A DNA stretch of 64,000 nt from a bacterium (GCA_028688815.1 JAQTXJ010000001.1:20587-84586), one strand, 5' to 3'. Shown: positions 20,762 through 32,320, counted from the first letter of the stretch. Program-made: numbers and translations. Notes: generated from the letters alone by a model not told the origin.

Positions 20762-23700
20762 ATGTTTGTTTTGTTTTTTATTTTAATCCAGTCTAATATT
20801 ACTTTCCTGTTTGGTATACAGGCAAGCAGCTTAAAAGCTCTATCAGATACCACGGGAACTGCGACATACGGCATCAGTAGGACAGATTCAGTTTCTATTC
20901 CCTCAAAAGATACTACCAATACTTCAATAGATAGTTTACAATCAAACGATACGCTTCACATCGTTTCTCAACCTGATACTGGTATCGATATGTCTAGAAC
21001 TATAACTCTTTCGCCGGACTCCCTTTCTAATTCCGCCAAACAAAAGACAGACAGGGATACAAACTCTCTTGCTTTCTCGGACACCGCTTATAAGGATACA
21101 ACCACCCCTATTTTCCCGGATACTATTCCATTATTAAAAGCTTCTGATATCCTGCTAAAAGAAGTTTCAGGCTTTGAAACAAAATCAGAGATTTCTTTTC
21201 CAAAAGGAACATCCGGTTTTGGCGACAACACAGCATCCCACCCTAGTGATGAAAGCTTTATTATTAATTATAACACAAAAGACAGCGTATTTGTTACATT
21301 AAAAGCTACCCCATTATCGGAATTGTATAAAAATATGATGTTGTCGGGGTTTAAGTCAACATATTCGGAAATATTTACTGCAGGGGCACAAACAAGTAGA
21401 GGAACCGGATTAATTAAAGACATAGAATTACCAATAAATTTTCCAAAACCCATAGCCGGGATAATAGGACAAGGAGGAAAGCTTGATGTTTCAGGCAGTC
21501 AAAGAGTAGAGCTTGGAGGAAGTAAGCCAAAAAATTTTGATTATAAGCCCACAGAACAGACACACGAAAGTTGGTTTCCAAATCTTTCAATGAAACAACA
21601 TCTTACTGTAGACTTAAAAGGAACTATAGGAGAAAAAGTAAACGTATACATTAATCATGACTCCGAGCGTGAATTTGAGCTTGATAATACAATAAAACTT
21701 GAATATAAAGGAGATGAAGACGAGATAATACAGTCAATTAATGCCGGGAACACGGAACTTTCCTTACCCGGAGTACTTTTAATAGGAGGATCAACTCCGC
21801 ATAAAGGATTGTTTGGGATAAAAAGTCAGGCAAAAATAGGCCCCCTAAGCTTAACAACTATTGCTTCCAGGGAAGCAACAGAAAACCAGAGCACGACATG
21901 GGCAGGAGGTGGGAAAACAACTCAGGAAATAAAAATAGAAGATATAGACTTTGTGAAATCCAGGTTTTTCGCACTATTGCCACCCGATTATGTTAAAAGT
22001 CTGACAGATAGACACGATATATATTCCGGGAAAGTTGATTTATTGCCCCGACAAATATTAGATTTTAAAGTTTATAGAAGCAAAGAAGAACCAACTGCGC
22101 AGGACCAGACAAGAGCGGGGACAGCATTTGATATTGCAATCGATTCTAGTATTCCGGACACGTCTCTCCAATATCGATTTGTTCAGGAATTAGAAAATAG
22201 TTTCTTTTTGCTTGATACGGCTGGGATAGGAAGCGATTCAAGAATTCCCGTATTACAGCTGAATTATTCTTTATATTCCGGAGATTTATTAGCAGTACGG
22301 TGGACATATGTAAACAGGCTTGGAGAAACCGTTATGGTAGGAACGTATGACAGCACACAGACGATTTCAATTCAGAACGCGCAGGTAATTAAAAAAGATA
22401 GACATTTGGGACCAGCCGATACTGCCTATGCAAGCTGGTGGTATGAATTCAAAAATATATACTCATTGGGTTCTGACAGCCTTGATTTAACTAATTTTGA
22501 TATAAAAATATATAAACATAGTTATGGTGGAGGAGTAGATGAAGAAATAGACCCGACACATAACAATAAGCCCTATGTAACTCTATTAGGAATAAAAGAT
22601 ACGCTTAGGAACTTGGTAAATGGAAGACTAGATACGAGGTATGGTTTGATAGTATTTCCACAAAATTTTCCATTTATTGACACTGTATTAACAAGTAAAG
22701 ATTCGATTTATAATAAACCGGATTTATCGCCCGATAAAATTCAACCTAAATATTATATATGGGTACAATATAAAGGAACAACGAGAGATTATTCGCTTGG
22801 AATGATGAATATAATGCCAGGCAGTGAAGTAATAAAAGTAGGAGACATCACATTAAAAAGTGGCGAAGATTATGACATAGACTACGATATTGGACATATC
22901 ACATTTAAAACACCTCTTGTAGATAACCCAAATGCAAAAATAAGCGCTAATTTTCAGTATGTTCCATTTTTTCAGGCAGCGAGTAAAAATTTACTTGGCA
23001 TGAGAGGTGAAACAAAAATAGGAGAAAATGCACAATTATCTTCGGCTTTTATATATTATTCAACAAACTCGTTTGACACAAGACCACGATTAGGTTCAGA
23101 GCCGACAAGAATTCTATTAGGCGAATTAGTAGGAAGTGCCTCGTATAAACCCGATTTTCTAACAAAACTTGCGGATGGGTTACCTTTAGTTACTGCATCT
23201 GCCCCATCTTCTTTTACGATTCAGGGAAATGTAGGAACATCATTGCCTGATGCTAATACTAAAGGAGATGTATATATAGATGATATGGAAGGCGCAAAGT
23301 CTTCCACATCATTAGGAGTAACAAGAGGCGATTGGATTTTTGGAAGTAAACCAACTGGAATGGAGGATAATAATTTTGCACACCCCCAATGGTATAACCC
23401 TCATGATAATTTGCCCGATACAATTCTTTATCCTAATCTATCCGACCAAAAAAGAAAGGATACACGAACTTATTTAGTTTTACGAACACCTTCAGATAAT
23501 TGGAGATATGGAAATATGACTGATTCTTGCTGGACTACTCTACAAACCTGTTTGTCAGAGCGAGGAATGAGCTTTGCAGAAGAACAATACGTTGAAATAT
23601 GGGTAAAAGGCAACTCAGGTAAACTCCATCTTGATATTGGAAGTTATATACCTGAAGATGGAATGAGACGAGATATTAACGGTCAACTAAGGGGCAGAGG

Positions 23701-26695
23701 AGTATTAGATACGGAAGACAAAAACGGTGACCAGTTAAGAGGATCAGATGAAGATGTGGGGCTTGATGGAGTTGCAGGAACAGACGGAGAAAATATTCCG
23801 GGAGACGAAGGAAATGACGATTGGGCATATGATTCCAAGTATCCTGATGATTATTCGCACATCAATGGAACAGAAGGAAATGGAAACCTTGACGGAGAGG
23901 ACCTTGACAAAGACAGCACCCTTGATGACCAATCCGATTTTTTCACTTACAGCATTGACCTATCAAATCCTCAATCTTCCCAGTATCATATTGACGAAAG
24001 GAGTGAATGGCATTTTTTCCGTATTCCACTTACTGCTTTTGAAACAAATAAAATTGGAGTTCCTCAATGGGAATATATCAGATACTCGCGATTATGGATA
24101 GAACAAATATCCCCGGGCTACGAGATAGCCATAGCCGCTTTAGATGTCGTAGGCAATAAATGGAAACATAAAGGAAGTGATAATGTAAAGATAGCAACAA
24201 AAAATACAAACGAAGATCCGGATTATAATGCTGACCCGCCACCGGTAAAACGAGAAAAAGATTCTTATGGCAGGTTAGAACAAGAACAATCTTTAGTGCT
24301 AAAATACGAAAACCTTTCAAATACCGAAGGAAGTTGTTATACAACCTATTCCGTTCCAAGAAATTTCATTCAATATAAGAATTTCTCTTTCCTGACAAAA
24401 GGAACAGGGGGCGCTAAACTTTTTATTAGATTAATAGGAGATAATTTTAACTTCTATGAATACCGTGATTCTATAAATACAAGTTGGGAAGAGAAAAAAA
24501 TAGATTTTGAGGCTATGGCTCAGTTGAAATTAACTCGTACCTTAGATACTTCTGCTATTGATACCTGTATTGATGGACATCGTTACATCATACACGGCAA
24601 TCCAACAATTACAAATATTTCTCGCATTGAACTTGGCGTTATTGCAGACTCAAATACCCTACCTTATTCCGGAGAAGATTCCGGAGAAGTTTATTTTGAT
24701 GAACTCAGACTTTCCGATGTAAGACGAGACGTTGGAGTTGCCGGTACGATAGGTATTTCTTGTGGTATTTCGGATTTTGCAGCCTTAAATCTTAGCTATA
24801 CTTCTACCAGTCCTTATTTTAAGAGCCTTGCCATGTTTTCTTCAGAGGCAGGTCGTATGGCAACAAGCTCTCAAAAAACAGTTGCTTTTAATGGAAGTTT
24901 TAAAGCGGACAGATTTTTGCCTACTGCATGGGGATTTTCCTTACCTATAAACTTCGGTATTACAAACGGAACTTCAGCACCAATACATAAAGATGATATA
25001 TTGCTTAATTCTCTTGAACAGAAAAAACAAACTTCCTTAAACAAACAACGAAATTTTGGCTTAAGCAATATTAGTAAAACCGGCTCTAAAAATCCTTTTC
25101 TACGATTAACTCTTGATAACCTAAAAGGAGCATTTAATTACAGCGACAACGCATCAAATCTGCCAACACAAATAGATTCTTCTTTTACTCATACTTCATC
25201 TGCAAGTTACGGATATTCTCCGAATCTACCGGCATTAAAAATCAAGAATTTAGCATTTAATTATTTCCCTCAATCAGTAAACATAGGAGGAAGTTACACT
25301 CATTCTGAAGCTCGTAAATATACTATTATAGAAAAAGTTGATACTCTCACTCAAACCACAAAATTGGATACAATATATGATAAATATACGGTCCCGGGAG
25401 CTCAAACTTTTTTATGGAATAGGGGAATTACATACAAGCCTATTAATCCTCTCCTGCTTAACTACTCCAGTAATCATACAAAAAACCTTTATTTTGACCG
25501 AAAAGATAAAGAAATAGGGATGAATGAACATATTGGAGTTGGCTTTAATCCCAGTTTATTTGGTATACTTTCCCCGGGAATATCTTATAGTGCCGCTTAT
25601 GCCGAAGACCACAGTAAAATGTTGGATTCTGTAAGAAACGTAGGTACGACAAATAGCGTTACATATACATTGCCTGTTAATCTCTATAAGATTATTACCT
25701 TAGGAACAAAAATTAGAAATGAAAAATTGGATTCTTTGGCAAAACCATTAAGTTTTAACTGGAGCTTGATTCAAATCGAAAAATTAGTAGGCACATTACA
25801 AAACCCTTCTCTCTCTTACTCTATAGGCAAAGGGAACAACTTTTATTCCCTCATCGACAGACCATCCTATAAATATAGATGGGGATTCAAAGAAAACCCT
25901 GATACAAGAATTGCTTCAGATTCAATTGACCACAGTTCCTTTTTCAATCAAACAAAATCTTATGGCATTACCGGAATTGGAATTTCTATGAAAAATATTT
26001 CCTTGAGAGGAAGCGCAAGTAGAACGCTCAGCGATAACGGAAAATCAGGCAGTAATATTACTACTTCATCTCAAACTCAGTATCCTAATTTCTCAGTTGA
26101 CATAGGAAATATAGAAAAATTCTTCTTATTAAAAAAAATATTTAATTCTTTTAATGCAAGTTATACTTACGCATTAAACACTAGCGAATCAGGATCAAAA
26201 ACCACGCTTGCCGGCACGCCTATCCTTACAAGCATATCTAAAAATATAAATACTTCTTACGAAATTAATGGAGAATTTAAAGACAAAACCGGGGCAAGAG
26301 CCTCTATTAATGTTAACAAAGGACGAGAGGAATTAAAAACAGAAACAGGTAATATTACCGCTTCGCAAAAAATTAGTTATAGCATTAGTTTGAACCGTTC
26401 TATTAATGCTTCGGAAGGGATAAAATTTCCGGGATTATATAACGTCAAACTTAAAAGTAATTTGGATGCAAGCGTTACGACCGACCTTAATTTTGAGACT
26501 AAAGAAAATGCCATTACTAATGAGAAAAAAATAGATACAAAATCAATAAAAGTATCTCCTGCGTTGAATTATAATTTTTCTGAAAGTATAACCGGTGGTG
26601 CCACTGCTTTCTATACTCAACAATGGTCAAAAATTGGCTACGGGGGTAACTTAAGAGATGTGGGCCTTAAATTTTCTGTTGAATTTACTTTCTAA
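20762..26695 (+). CDS. sprA: Cell-surface protein SprA (T9SS translocon, very large outer-membrane beta-barrel)
   Basis: About 1977 aa, signal peptide, Asp-rich calcium-binding-like stretch (DKNGDQLRGSDEDVGLDGVAGTDGEN...), long C-terminal region of alternating beta-strand pattern; size and composition typical of SprA/Sov. Confidence 0.8.
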   Translation: MFVLFFILIQSNITFLFGIQASSLKALSDTTGTATYGISRTDSVSIPSKDTTNTSIDSLQSNDTLHIVSQPDTGIDMSRTITLSPDSLSNSAKQKTDRDTNSLAFSDTAYKDTTTPIFPDTIPLLKASDILLKEVSGFETKSEISFPKGTSGFGDNTASHPSDESFIINYNTKDSVFVTLKATPLSELYKNMMLSGFKSTYSEIFTAGAQTSRGTGLIKDIELPINFPKPIAGIIGQGGKLDVSGSQRVELGGSKPKNFDYKPTEQTHESWFPNLSMKQHLTVDLKGTIGEKVNVYINHDSEREFELDNTIKLEYKGDEDEIIQSINAGNTELSLPGVLLIGGSTPHKGLFGIKSQAKIGPLSLTTIASREATENQSTTWAGGGKTTQEIKIEDIDFVKSRFFALLPPDYVKSLTDRHDIYSGKVDLLPRQILDFKVYRSKEEPTAQDQTRAGTAFDIAIDSSIPDTSLQYRFVQELENSFFLLDTAGIGSDSRIPVLQLNYSLYSGDLLAVRWTYVNRLGETVMVGTYDSTQTISIQNAQVIKKDRHLGPADTAYASWWYEFKNIYSLGSDSLDLTNFDIKIYKHSYGGGVDEEIDPTHNNKPYVTLLGIKDTLRNLVNGRLDTRYGLIVFPQNFPFIDTVLTSKDSIYNKPDLSPDKIQPKYYIWVQYKGTTRDYSLGMMNIMPGSEVIKVGDITLKSGEDYDIDYDIGHITFKTPLVDNPNAKISANFQYVPFFQAASKNLLGMRGETKIGENAQLSSAFIYYSTNSFDTRPRLGSEPTRILLGELVGSASYKPDFLTKLADGLPLVTASAPSSFTIQGNVGTSLPDANTKGDVYIDDMEGAKSSTSLGVTRGDWIFGSKPTGMEDNNFAHPQWYNPHDNLPDTILYPNLSDQKRKDTRTYLVLRTPSDNWRYGNMTDSCWTTLQTCLSERGMSFAEEQYVEIWVKGNSGKLHLDIGSYIPEDGMRRDINGQLRGRGVLDTEDKNGDQLRGSDEDVGLDGVAGTDGENIPGDEGNDDWAYDSKYPDDYSHINGTEGNGNLDGEDLDKDSTLDDQSDFFTYSIDLSNPQSSQYHIDERSEWHFFRIPLTAFETNKIGVPQWEYIRYSRLWIEQISPGYEIAIAALDVVGNKWKHKGSDNVKIATKNTNEDPDYNADPPPVKREKDSYGRLEQEQSLVLKYENLSNTEGSCYTTYSVPRNFIQYKNFSFLTKGTGGAKLFIRLIGDNFNFYEYRDSINTSWEEKKIDFEAMAQLKLTRTLDTSAIDTCIDGHRYIIHGNPTITNISRIELGVIADSNTLPYSGEDSGEVYFDELRLSDVRRDVGVAGTIGISCGISDFAALNLSYTSTSPYFKSLAMFSSEAGRMATSSQKTVAFNGSFKADRFLPTAWGFSLPINFGITNGTSAPIHKDDILLNSLEQKKQTSLNKQRNFGLSNISKTGSKNPFLRLTLDNLKGAFNYSDNASNLPTQIDSSFTHTSSASYGYSPNLPALKIKNLAFNYFPQSVNIGGSYTHSEARKYTIIEKVDTLTQTTKLDTIYDKYTVPGAQTFLWNRGITYKPINPLLLNYSSNHTKNLYFDRKDKEIGMNEHIGVGFNPSLFGILSPGISYSAAYAEDHSKMLDSVRNVGTTNSVTYTLPVNLYKIITLGTKIRNEKLDSLAKPLSFNWSLIQIEKLVGTLQNPSLSYSIGKGNNFYSLIDRPSYKYRWGFKENPDTRIASDSIDHSSFFNQTKSYGITGIGISMKNISLRGSASRTLSDNGKSGSNITTSSQTQYPNFSVDIGNIEKFFLLKKIFNSFNASYTYALNTSESGSKTTLAGTPILTSISKNINTSYEINGEFKDKTGARASINVNKGREELKTETGNITASQKISYSISLNRSINASEGIKFPGLYNVKLKSNLDASVTTDLNFETKENAITNEKKIDTKSIKVSPALNYNFSESITGGATAFYTQQWSKIGYGGNLRDVGLKFSVEFTF

Positions 26696-26755
26696 ACGGG
26701 AAAGTAGACGTGCCCATTTATTATTTTTAACGGAGAGCTTTTTTATTTAAATAAA

Positions 26756-28492
26756 ATGCAGGAAGATAGAACTAAAATAGTAGTTTTTGTATTGCCAATT
26801 GCTTTTTTATTGATTATCTTACGATTAGCATTCTTACAACTATGGAGCGGCAAAGAGTATAAAAGGCAGGCATCCAACAATTGTCTCAAGGAAGACATTA
26901 TATCCGCTCCAAGAGGAGTTATTTACACTAGAGATGGTAAGATAATTGCTGATAATATAGCCACTTATACAATAATTATCGATTCCCTTTCCAAATTATC
27001 TACTTCTACGCGAACTTATCTTACTGATATAATATCTCCTCTTTACTCAAAAGGATACGTTCCATCTTCAAAAAAAGATACTATAAAAAATGCTCCTTTT
27101 AATATTATATGTAAATTAGAAGAACAAAGGGAACAATTTCCTAACCTCAAAGTAAAAGCTCAGCCTTCCCGAAGATACTTATACGGTGAAACCTTTGCTC
27201 ATTTAATTGGATACACCGGTGAACTCTCTAAAAAGGAACTCAAAAATATAAAAGATAAAACCCGAGATAAGATTTACAGATTAGGGGGCAACATTGGAAA
27301 ATCCGGGCTTGAGAAACAATATGAGGAATTCTTAAAAGGCAAAAACGGAGCTCGTTACATAGAAGTAGATGCGCGCGGGCGCGAACTCGGACTCCTTTCT
27401 TATGATCCCCCTGAACCGGGTTATGACACGTGGCTTAACATTGATTTTGACCTGCAAATCTTAGCTGACTCTATATTCACCGCTTCAAATTTTTCCGGAT
27501 GTTGTGTTGCTATGAATCCTTATACGGGAGAAATCCTTGTCTGGGTATCCAGACCGGCATTTGACCCTAACTTATTTTCTACAAGTTTAACTTATAATGT
27601 ATGGAAGCAATTTGTAGAAGACCCAAACGCTCCCCTATACGATAGAGTTATGGGACCTAATGCTCCAGGCTCTATTTTTAAATTAGTTACCTCTGCTGCT
27701 GCTATTGATTTAGGGAAGTTGCATGCCGACACTTATCAATTACTTTCCTGTAATGGGGCTATGTTAATCGGCAACAGAAGTTTTAATTGCTGGGACGTTC
27801 ACGGCTCTAAAAATTTGATTGAAGCTATTACGGTATCTTGTGACGTTTTCTTTTACCAGGTCGGGATGAATCTCGGCATAGAACCTCTTTGTTCCAAAGC
27901 CAAAGATGTGGGGTTCGGTAAAGTTACGGGAGTTGATATCCCAAGAGAAAGCAAGGGTTTTGTTCCTTCCGAACAATGGTATAAACAAAAATATGGCGGT
28001 ATCTGGGGAAAAGGGCTTGTAGCTAATTTATCTATAGGTCAGGGAGAAATCCTTGCCACTCCAATTCAAATACTATCTCTTGTATCAGGCGTTGCAACAA
28101 AAGGCCTAATGTATACTCCAAGAATCGTATCTAAAATAGTTAATTCTTCGGGAGAATTAATTTATTCGACTCCCGCTCATTATAGAACTTTGCCTTTTTC
28201 CCAAGAAGCAATTAACGTTGCGCGCGAAGGAATGTTAGGAGCAGTTAACGCTCCCGAGGGAACTGCCAGAGCTGCCATAATTCCGGAAATACAAGTTGCG
28301 GGGAAAACCGGGACTGCTCAAAACCCCCACGGCACACCTCACGCATGGTTTACTGCTTTTGCGCCGTATGAAAACCCGGAAATCTGTATCGTCGTTCTTA
28401 TTGAAAACGGCGGACACGGAGGCAGTATAGCTGCCCCTATCGCAAAAAGAATAATTCAAAAATATCTCTCAAAACAACACTCTCCAACTTAG
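26756..28492 (+). CDS. mrdA: Penicillin-binding protein 2 (peptidoglycan D,D-transpeptidase)
   Basis: N-terminal TM; SxxK (GSIFKL), SxD (SCD), KTGT motifs. Confidence 0.85.
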   Translation: MQEDRTKIVVFVLPIAFLLIILRLAFLQLWSGKEYKRQASNNCLKEDIISAPRGVIYTRDGKIIADNIATYTIIIDSLSKLSTSTRTYLTDIISPLYSKGYVPSSKKDTIKNAPFNIICKLEEQREQFPNLKVKAQPSRRYLYGETFAHLIGYTGELSKKELKNIKDKTRDKIYRLGGNIGKSGLEKQYEEFLKGKNGARYIEVDARGRELGLLSYDPPEPGYDTWLNIDFDLQILADSIFTASNFSGCCVAMNPYTGEILVWVSRPAFDPNLFSTSLTYNVWKQFVEDPNAPLYDRVMGPNAPGSIFKLVTSAAAIDLGKLHADTYQLLSCNGAMLIGNRSFNCWDVHGSKNLIEAITVSCDVFFYQVGMNLGIEPLCSKAKDVGFGKVTGVDIPRESKGFVPSEQWYKQKYGGIWGKGLVANLSIGQGEILATPIQILSLVSGVATKGLMYTPRIVSKIVNSSGELIYSTPAHYRTLPFSQEAINVAREGMLGAVNAPEGTARAAIIPEIQVAGKTGTAQNPHGTPHAWFTAFAPYENPEICIVVLIENGGHGGSIAAPIAKRIIQKYLSKQHSPT

Positions 28493-28546
28493 ATTTTTGT
28501 TATCTTAGGGCATCCATCTATTTTGTAATCTACGCGCGGTTTACAA

Positions 28547-28573
28547 AACCCGAAGTTTATCTTATCTTCGGTT
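28547..28573. terminator. Hairpin (CCGAAG...CTTCGG) between convergent mrdA and plsY, overlapping the plsY stop; candidate bidirectional terminator
   Basis: Inverted repeat seen directly; no strong U tract. Confidence 0.3.
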
Positions 28574-29141
28574 CCTGGTGCTTAATAAGACGCTGAATGT
28601 TTTTCCGATGCGCAAATACTATTAACAAAAATCCCAACGAAACCATAAAAAACAGCGCCCCTACTCCATTCTTTAAAAAGACAAGAATAACGAGAACCAA
28701 CGCCGCACTCATAGATGCCAGAGATACCCAACCAAAAACCAAAACAAAAAGTCCCCACACGCCAAAAGCTATAATCGCCTGAACCGTTACAAGTCCAAGA
28801 AACACACCAAGTCCTGTAGCCGCGCCTTTTCCACCCCTGCCTTTAAGCCACGGAGAGAATACGTGACCTAATATTGATGCAAAACCGCATATAATAGCTA
28901 GATTAACTCCAAACTTTTGGGAATGCATTATTATAAACGTAGGCAAAAAACCTTTTAAAATATCCAGAATAGAAACTATAAAACCGTATTTCTTTCCGCA
29001 GACCCGACCCACATTTGTCGCACCTATATTACCGCTTCCTACTTTGCGGATATCTTCTATGCCTCGCATCCTAGCAATAATGTATCCAAATGGAATGCTT
29101 CCGCACAGAAAACCAAAAACAACCGAAATTATGAAATTCAT
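28557..29141 (-). CDS. plsY: Glycerol-3-phosphate acyltransferase PlsY
   Basis: GSIPFGYIIAR...GSGNIGATNV signature; multi-TM. Confidence 0.9.
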   Translation of the reverse strand: MNFIISVVFGFLCGSIPFGYIIARMRGIEDIRKVGSGNIGATNVGRVCGKKYGFIVSILDILKGFLPTFIIMHSQKFGVNLAIICGFASILGHVFSPWLKGRGGKGAATGLGVFLGLVTVQAIIAFGVWGLFVLVFGWVSLASMSAALVLVILVFLKNGVGALFFMVSLGFLLIVFAHRKNIQRLIKHQEPKIR

Positions 29142-29150
29142 ATTTTCTCC

Positions 29151-31730
29151 CTATGTCTTGCCGGATAATAATTCAATCGCCTCTTTTATGCTTTCCACTT
29201 TTTTCTTCAACATTTCCGTAGTCTCTTTTGTTTTGCTAACTACATCAGGATGCGCCTTTAAACAAAAAGCAGGCGAGTTCAACTTGCTTTCATTTGCTTT
29301 GATAATCGGATTCAACTTTTCCAGTTCAGCATTTGCTTTTGACAATTCTTCTTTCACGTCTACCAGCCCTTCTATAGGAATAGAAATCCCTACACCCTTT
29401 AACTGTCTTATAACACCCTTTGGCAGGGAATCCGTGAAAATAATATTATTTACTTTTGCAAGTGTCTTTATATATTCCGCATTATTTTCAATCGTTTTCC
29501 TATCTTTGTTTTCACATTTTATATTTATGTCCAGCGCCTGAGTCTGGGAAATATGCAACTCCGCGCGAATCATTCTCGTAACTGTTATGATGTCTTTTAT
29601 AAGTTCAAACTCTTCTTCTGCCGTGGCATCACACCATTTCGCTTTTACGCAGGGCCAACTACTTGTCATAATAGACACTTCTTTAGGTTCCAGATTTTTC
29701 CATATTTCTTCAGTTATGAAAGGCATAAACGGATGCAGCAACTGCAAAAAATTACTCATTACTTTTTCCGCTACTCCTTTTTTCCTGCGTAATTTAGCTA
29801 TTTCAAGATACCAGTCACAAAAATCGTGCCAGAAGAAATCATAAATCCGCATACCGGGTTCCTGTAATTTATATTTTGAAAGCATACGCGTAACATCCTG
29901 TATAAGCGTAGACAGTTTTGTCATTATCCACTTATCTGAAACTTCTTCTTCAAAGCCTTCCGGGTTATCGGGGATGGAACTTATCAGTCTATAAGCGTTC
30001 CATATTTTATTTGCAAAATCTCTTCCTGTAAAGAATGTATTTTCCTGTATATGCGGGTCCTGTCCTTCTCCGGCGGCAGTAATCAACGAAAACCTCAACG
30101 CATCCGTGCCGTATTTCTTTATAATTTCTCTCGGGTCTATGCCGTTTCCCAGGGACTTTGACATTTTTCTGCCAATAGAATCTCTCACTGTCCCATGAAC
30201 GTAAACATCGGTAAAAGGAAGTTTCCCGATAAATTTATACCCCGCCATCACCATTCTCGCCACCCAGAAAAATATTATTTCCGAAGCAGTAGAAAGCAAA
30301 GTAGTAGGATAAAAATATCCCAATTCTTGTGTTCTTTTGGGCCATCCGAATACTGCAAACGGCCATAGCCAGCTTGAAAACCACGTATCGAGCACGTCTT
30401 CATCCTGGTGGATATCGGTGCCGCCACATTTAGGACACACCTTTGGCGTAAAAGCTTCTACAATCGGCAGGCATCCGTTACTGCAATAAAACACGGGTAT
30501 GGGATGTCCCCAGGTTATTTGTCTTGAAATGCACCAATCCCTGACGTTGTTCATCCAGTTTAAGTATACTCCCGTCCACCTGTCGGGATAAAATTTTATT
30601 TCTCCCGTTTCCACTGCTTTAATTGCAGGCGCGGCAAGTTCTCTCTGGTTCACGAACCATTGTTTTGAAAGCAGAGGTTCTATTATTGATTTGCATCGGT
30701 AACAACGCCCGATAGTATTTTCATAAGGTTCCGTTTTTAATAATAAATTTTCCGATTCCAGTTGTTCCAAAACTTTTTTACGCGCTTCTTTCACCGTTAA
30801 CCCGCGATACTTCCCGGCGTTTTCGTTAAGAATACCGTAATTATCCATTATGCGAATCTTCTGCAGGTTGTGCCTTTCCGCGACTTCAAAGTCCATTGCA
30901 TCGTGCGCGGGAGTGATTTTCACAACACCCGTTCCGAAGTTCGGGTCAACCGCATCATCCGAAACAACCTTTATTTCGCGGGTCATAATCGGAAGGATTA
31001 ACGTTTTACCGATAAACTTTTTATTTTTTTCGTCCGAAGGATTTACTGCGCAAGCAGTATCTCCAAGCATTGTTTCGGGTCTAGTCGTAGCCACAACAAT
31101 GTATTCGTCTTCATTTTTTATTGGATATTTTATATAATATAACGACCCTTTATTCGCTTCATTGTCAACCTCTTCATCGGATATTGCGGTTGCACATTTG
31201 GGACACCAGTTAACGATATAATCGCCCTTGTAAATCAACCCGTCTTTATACAATCTTACAAAAGCTTCCTGCACGGCAAGCTGAAATCCCGGGTCCATTG
31301 TATATCTTGTATGGTCCCAATCGCAGGAACAACCTAATGATTTGAGTTGTTCAAGTATGATTGATTTTTTTTCTTCCGCCCAATTAGTGGCGTGTTCCAA
31401 AAACTCTTCCTTCCCGATATCGCTTTTGGATTTACCTTTCAGGACTTCCGCTATTACCATAACTTCGGTAGCGATACCTGCGTGGTCAACACCGGGAATC
31501 CATTCCGCTTCATATCCCTGCATTCTTTTAAAACGTACGAATATATCCTGGATTGTGTTGTTTAAAGCCTGCCCAAGATGTAAAATATTAGTAACGTTCG
31601 GCGGCGGGATAACAACCGTAAACGGTTTACGTTCAAGGTTAGGAACGGCATTGAATAGTTTATTGTCTATCCAATATTTGTACCACTTTTTTTCTACGTT
31701 TTCCGCATTATATATTTTATCTAATTCCAT
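29151..31730 (-). CDS. valS: Valine--tRNA ligase
   Basis: HLGQALN (HIGH-like), KMSKSLGN, and a C-terminal coiled-coil domain. Confidence 0.95.
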   Translation of the reverse strand: MELDKIYNAENVEKKWYKYWIDNKLFNAVPNLERKPFTVVIPPPNVTNILHLGQALNNTIQDIFVRFKRMQGYEAEWIPGVDHAGIATEVMVIAEVLKGKSKSDIGKEEFLEHATNWAEEKKSIILEQLKSLGCSCDWDHTRYTMDPGFQLAVQEAFVRLYKDGLIYKGDYIVNWCPKCATAISDEEVDNEANKGSLYYIKYPIKNEDEYIVVATTRPETMLGDTACAVNPSDEKNKKFIGKTLILPIMTREIKVVSDDAVDPNFGTGVVKITPAHDAMDFEVAERHNLQKIRIMDNYGILNENAGKYRGLTVKEARKKVLEQLESENLLLKTEPYENTIGRCYRCKSIIEPLLSKQWFVNQRELAAPAIKAVETGEIKFYPDRWTGVYLNWMNNVRDWCISRQITWGHPIPVFYCSNGCLPIVEAFTPKVCPKCGGTDIHQDEDVLDTWFSSWLWPFAVFGWPKRTQELGYFYPTTLLSTASEIIFFWVARMVMAGYKFIGKLPFTDVYVHGTVRDSIGRKMSKSLGNGIDPREIIKKYGTDALRFSLITAAGEGQDPHIQENTFFTGRDFANKIWNAYRLISSIPDNPEGFEEEVSDKWIMTKLSTLIQDVTRMLSKYKLQEPGMRIYDFFWHDFCDWYLEIAKLRRKKGVAEKVMSNFLQLLHPFMPFITEEIWKNLEPKEVSIMTSSWPCVKAKWCDATAEEEFELIKDIITVTRMIRAELHISQTQALDINIKCENKDRKTIENNAEYIKTLAKVNNIIFTDSLPKGVIRQLKGVGISIPIEGLVDVKEELSKANAELEKLNPIIKANESKLNSPAFCLKAHPDVVSKTKETTEMLKKKVESIKEAIELLSGKT

Positions 31731-31843
31731 AATATTTTTATTACCTCAGGGGAATAATGCTACTCTTTGTTTTTCTCTCTACAACAAATTACTACCGTTT
31801 ACAATTAGTTGCTGCTTAATTACTGGTTATTTCTTTCCCCTAT

Positions 31844-32092
31844 TTACTTCTCGTATCCTTCAACCGGGTTACACAAAGAGGTTCTGGTAGAAGCCGATGG
31901 TGTAAATTTTAGGACAAACTCCAATGCTTCAGATTCGTTCGGAGCTTCATACACTATTACAAAATCATGCGCTCCCAATAACTTAAGGAATTCTTTTATT
32001 TTTATATTTTCCGGCGCTTTATTTTTTTTAGTCAAATAAAATAAGTCTTCTGATTTCCCCGGTATTACATCCAGTGTGGTCATAAAAAGCAT
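31844..32092 (-). CDS. GYD-domain family small protein (copy 1)
   Basis: 82 aa; pattern MxxFxTLxxIPG...LLGAHDFVIVYEAPNESEA...STRTSL resembles the GYD domain (GxYDxVxIxEAPDxExA...TRT); AAGGGGG Shine-Dalgarno sequence. Confidence 0.5.
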   Translation of the reverse strand: MLFMTTLDVIPGKSEDLFYLTKKNKAPENIKIKEFLKLLGAHDFVIVYEAPNESEALEFVLKFTPSASTRTSLCNPVEGYEK

Positions 32093-32320
32093 TTTTCCCC
32101 CTTTTTAGTTTTTCTCTGTGAACTCTCTATTTAGTTAGAGTTCGTGACGAAAGAGCGTTTCCGCCTCAGGCGGAAACGTTACTCTGACTTATCCGACTTT
32201 GTTGGGCTCTTATTTCCATTTTGTTATCTGTTATTTTTTAAACCCTCAATTTTCCGTTTTCTGTGGACGGAGTTTACCCCGCCTTGGCGGGGTAGTTGAT
32301 CCTTCTGCCCCCTATTTCTC

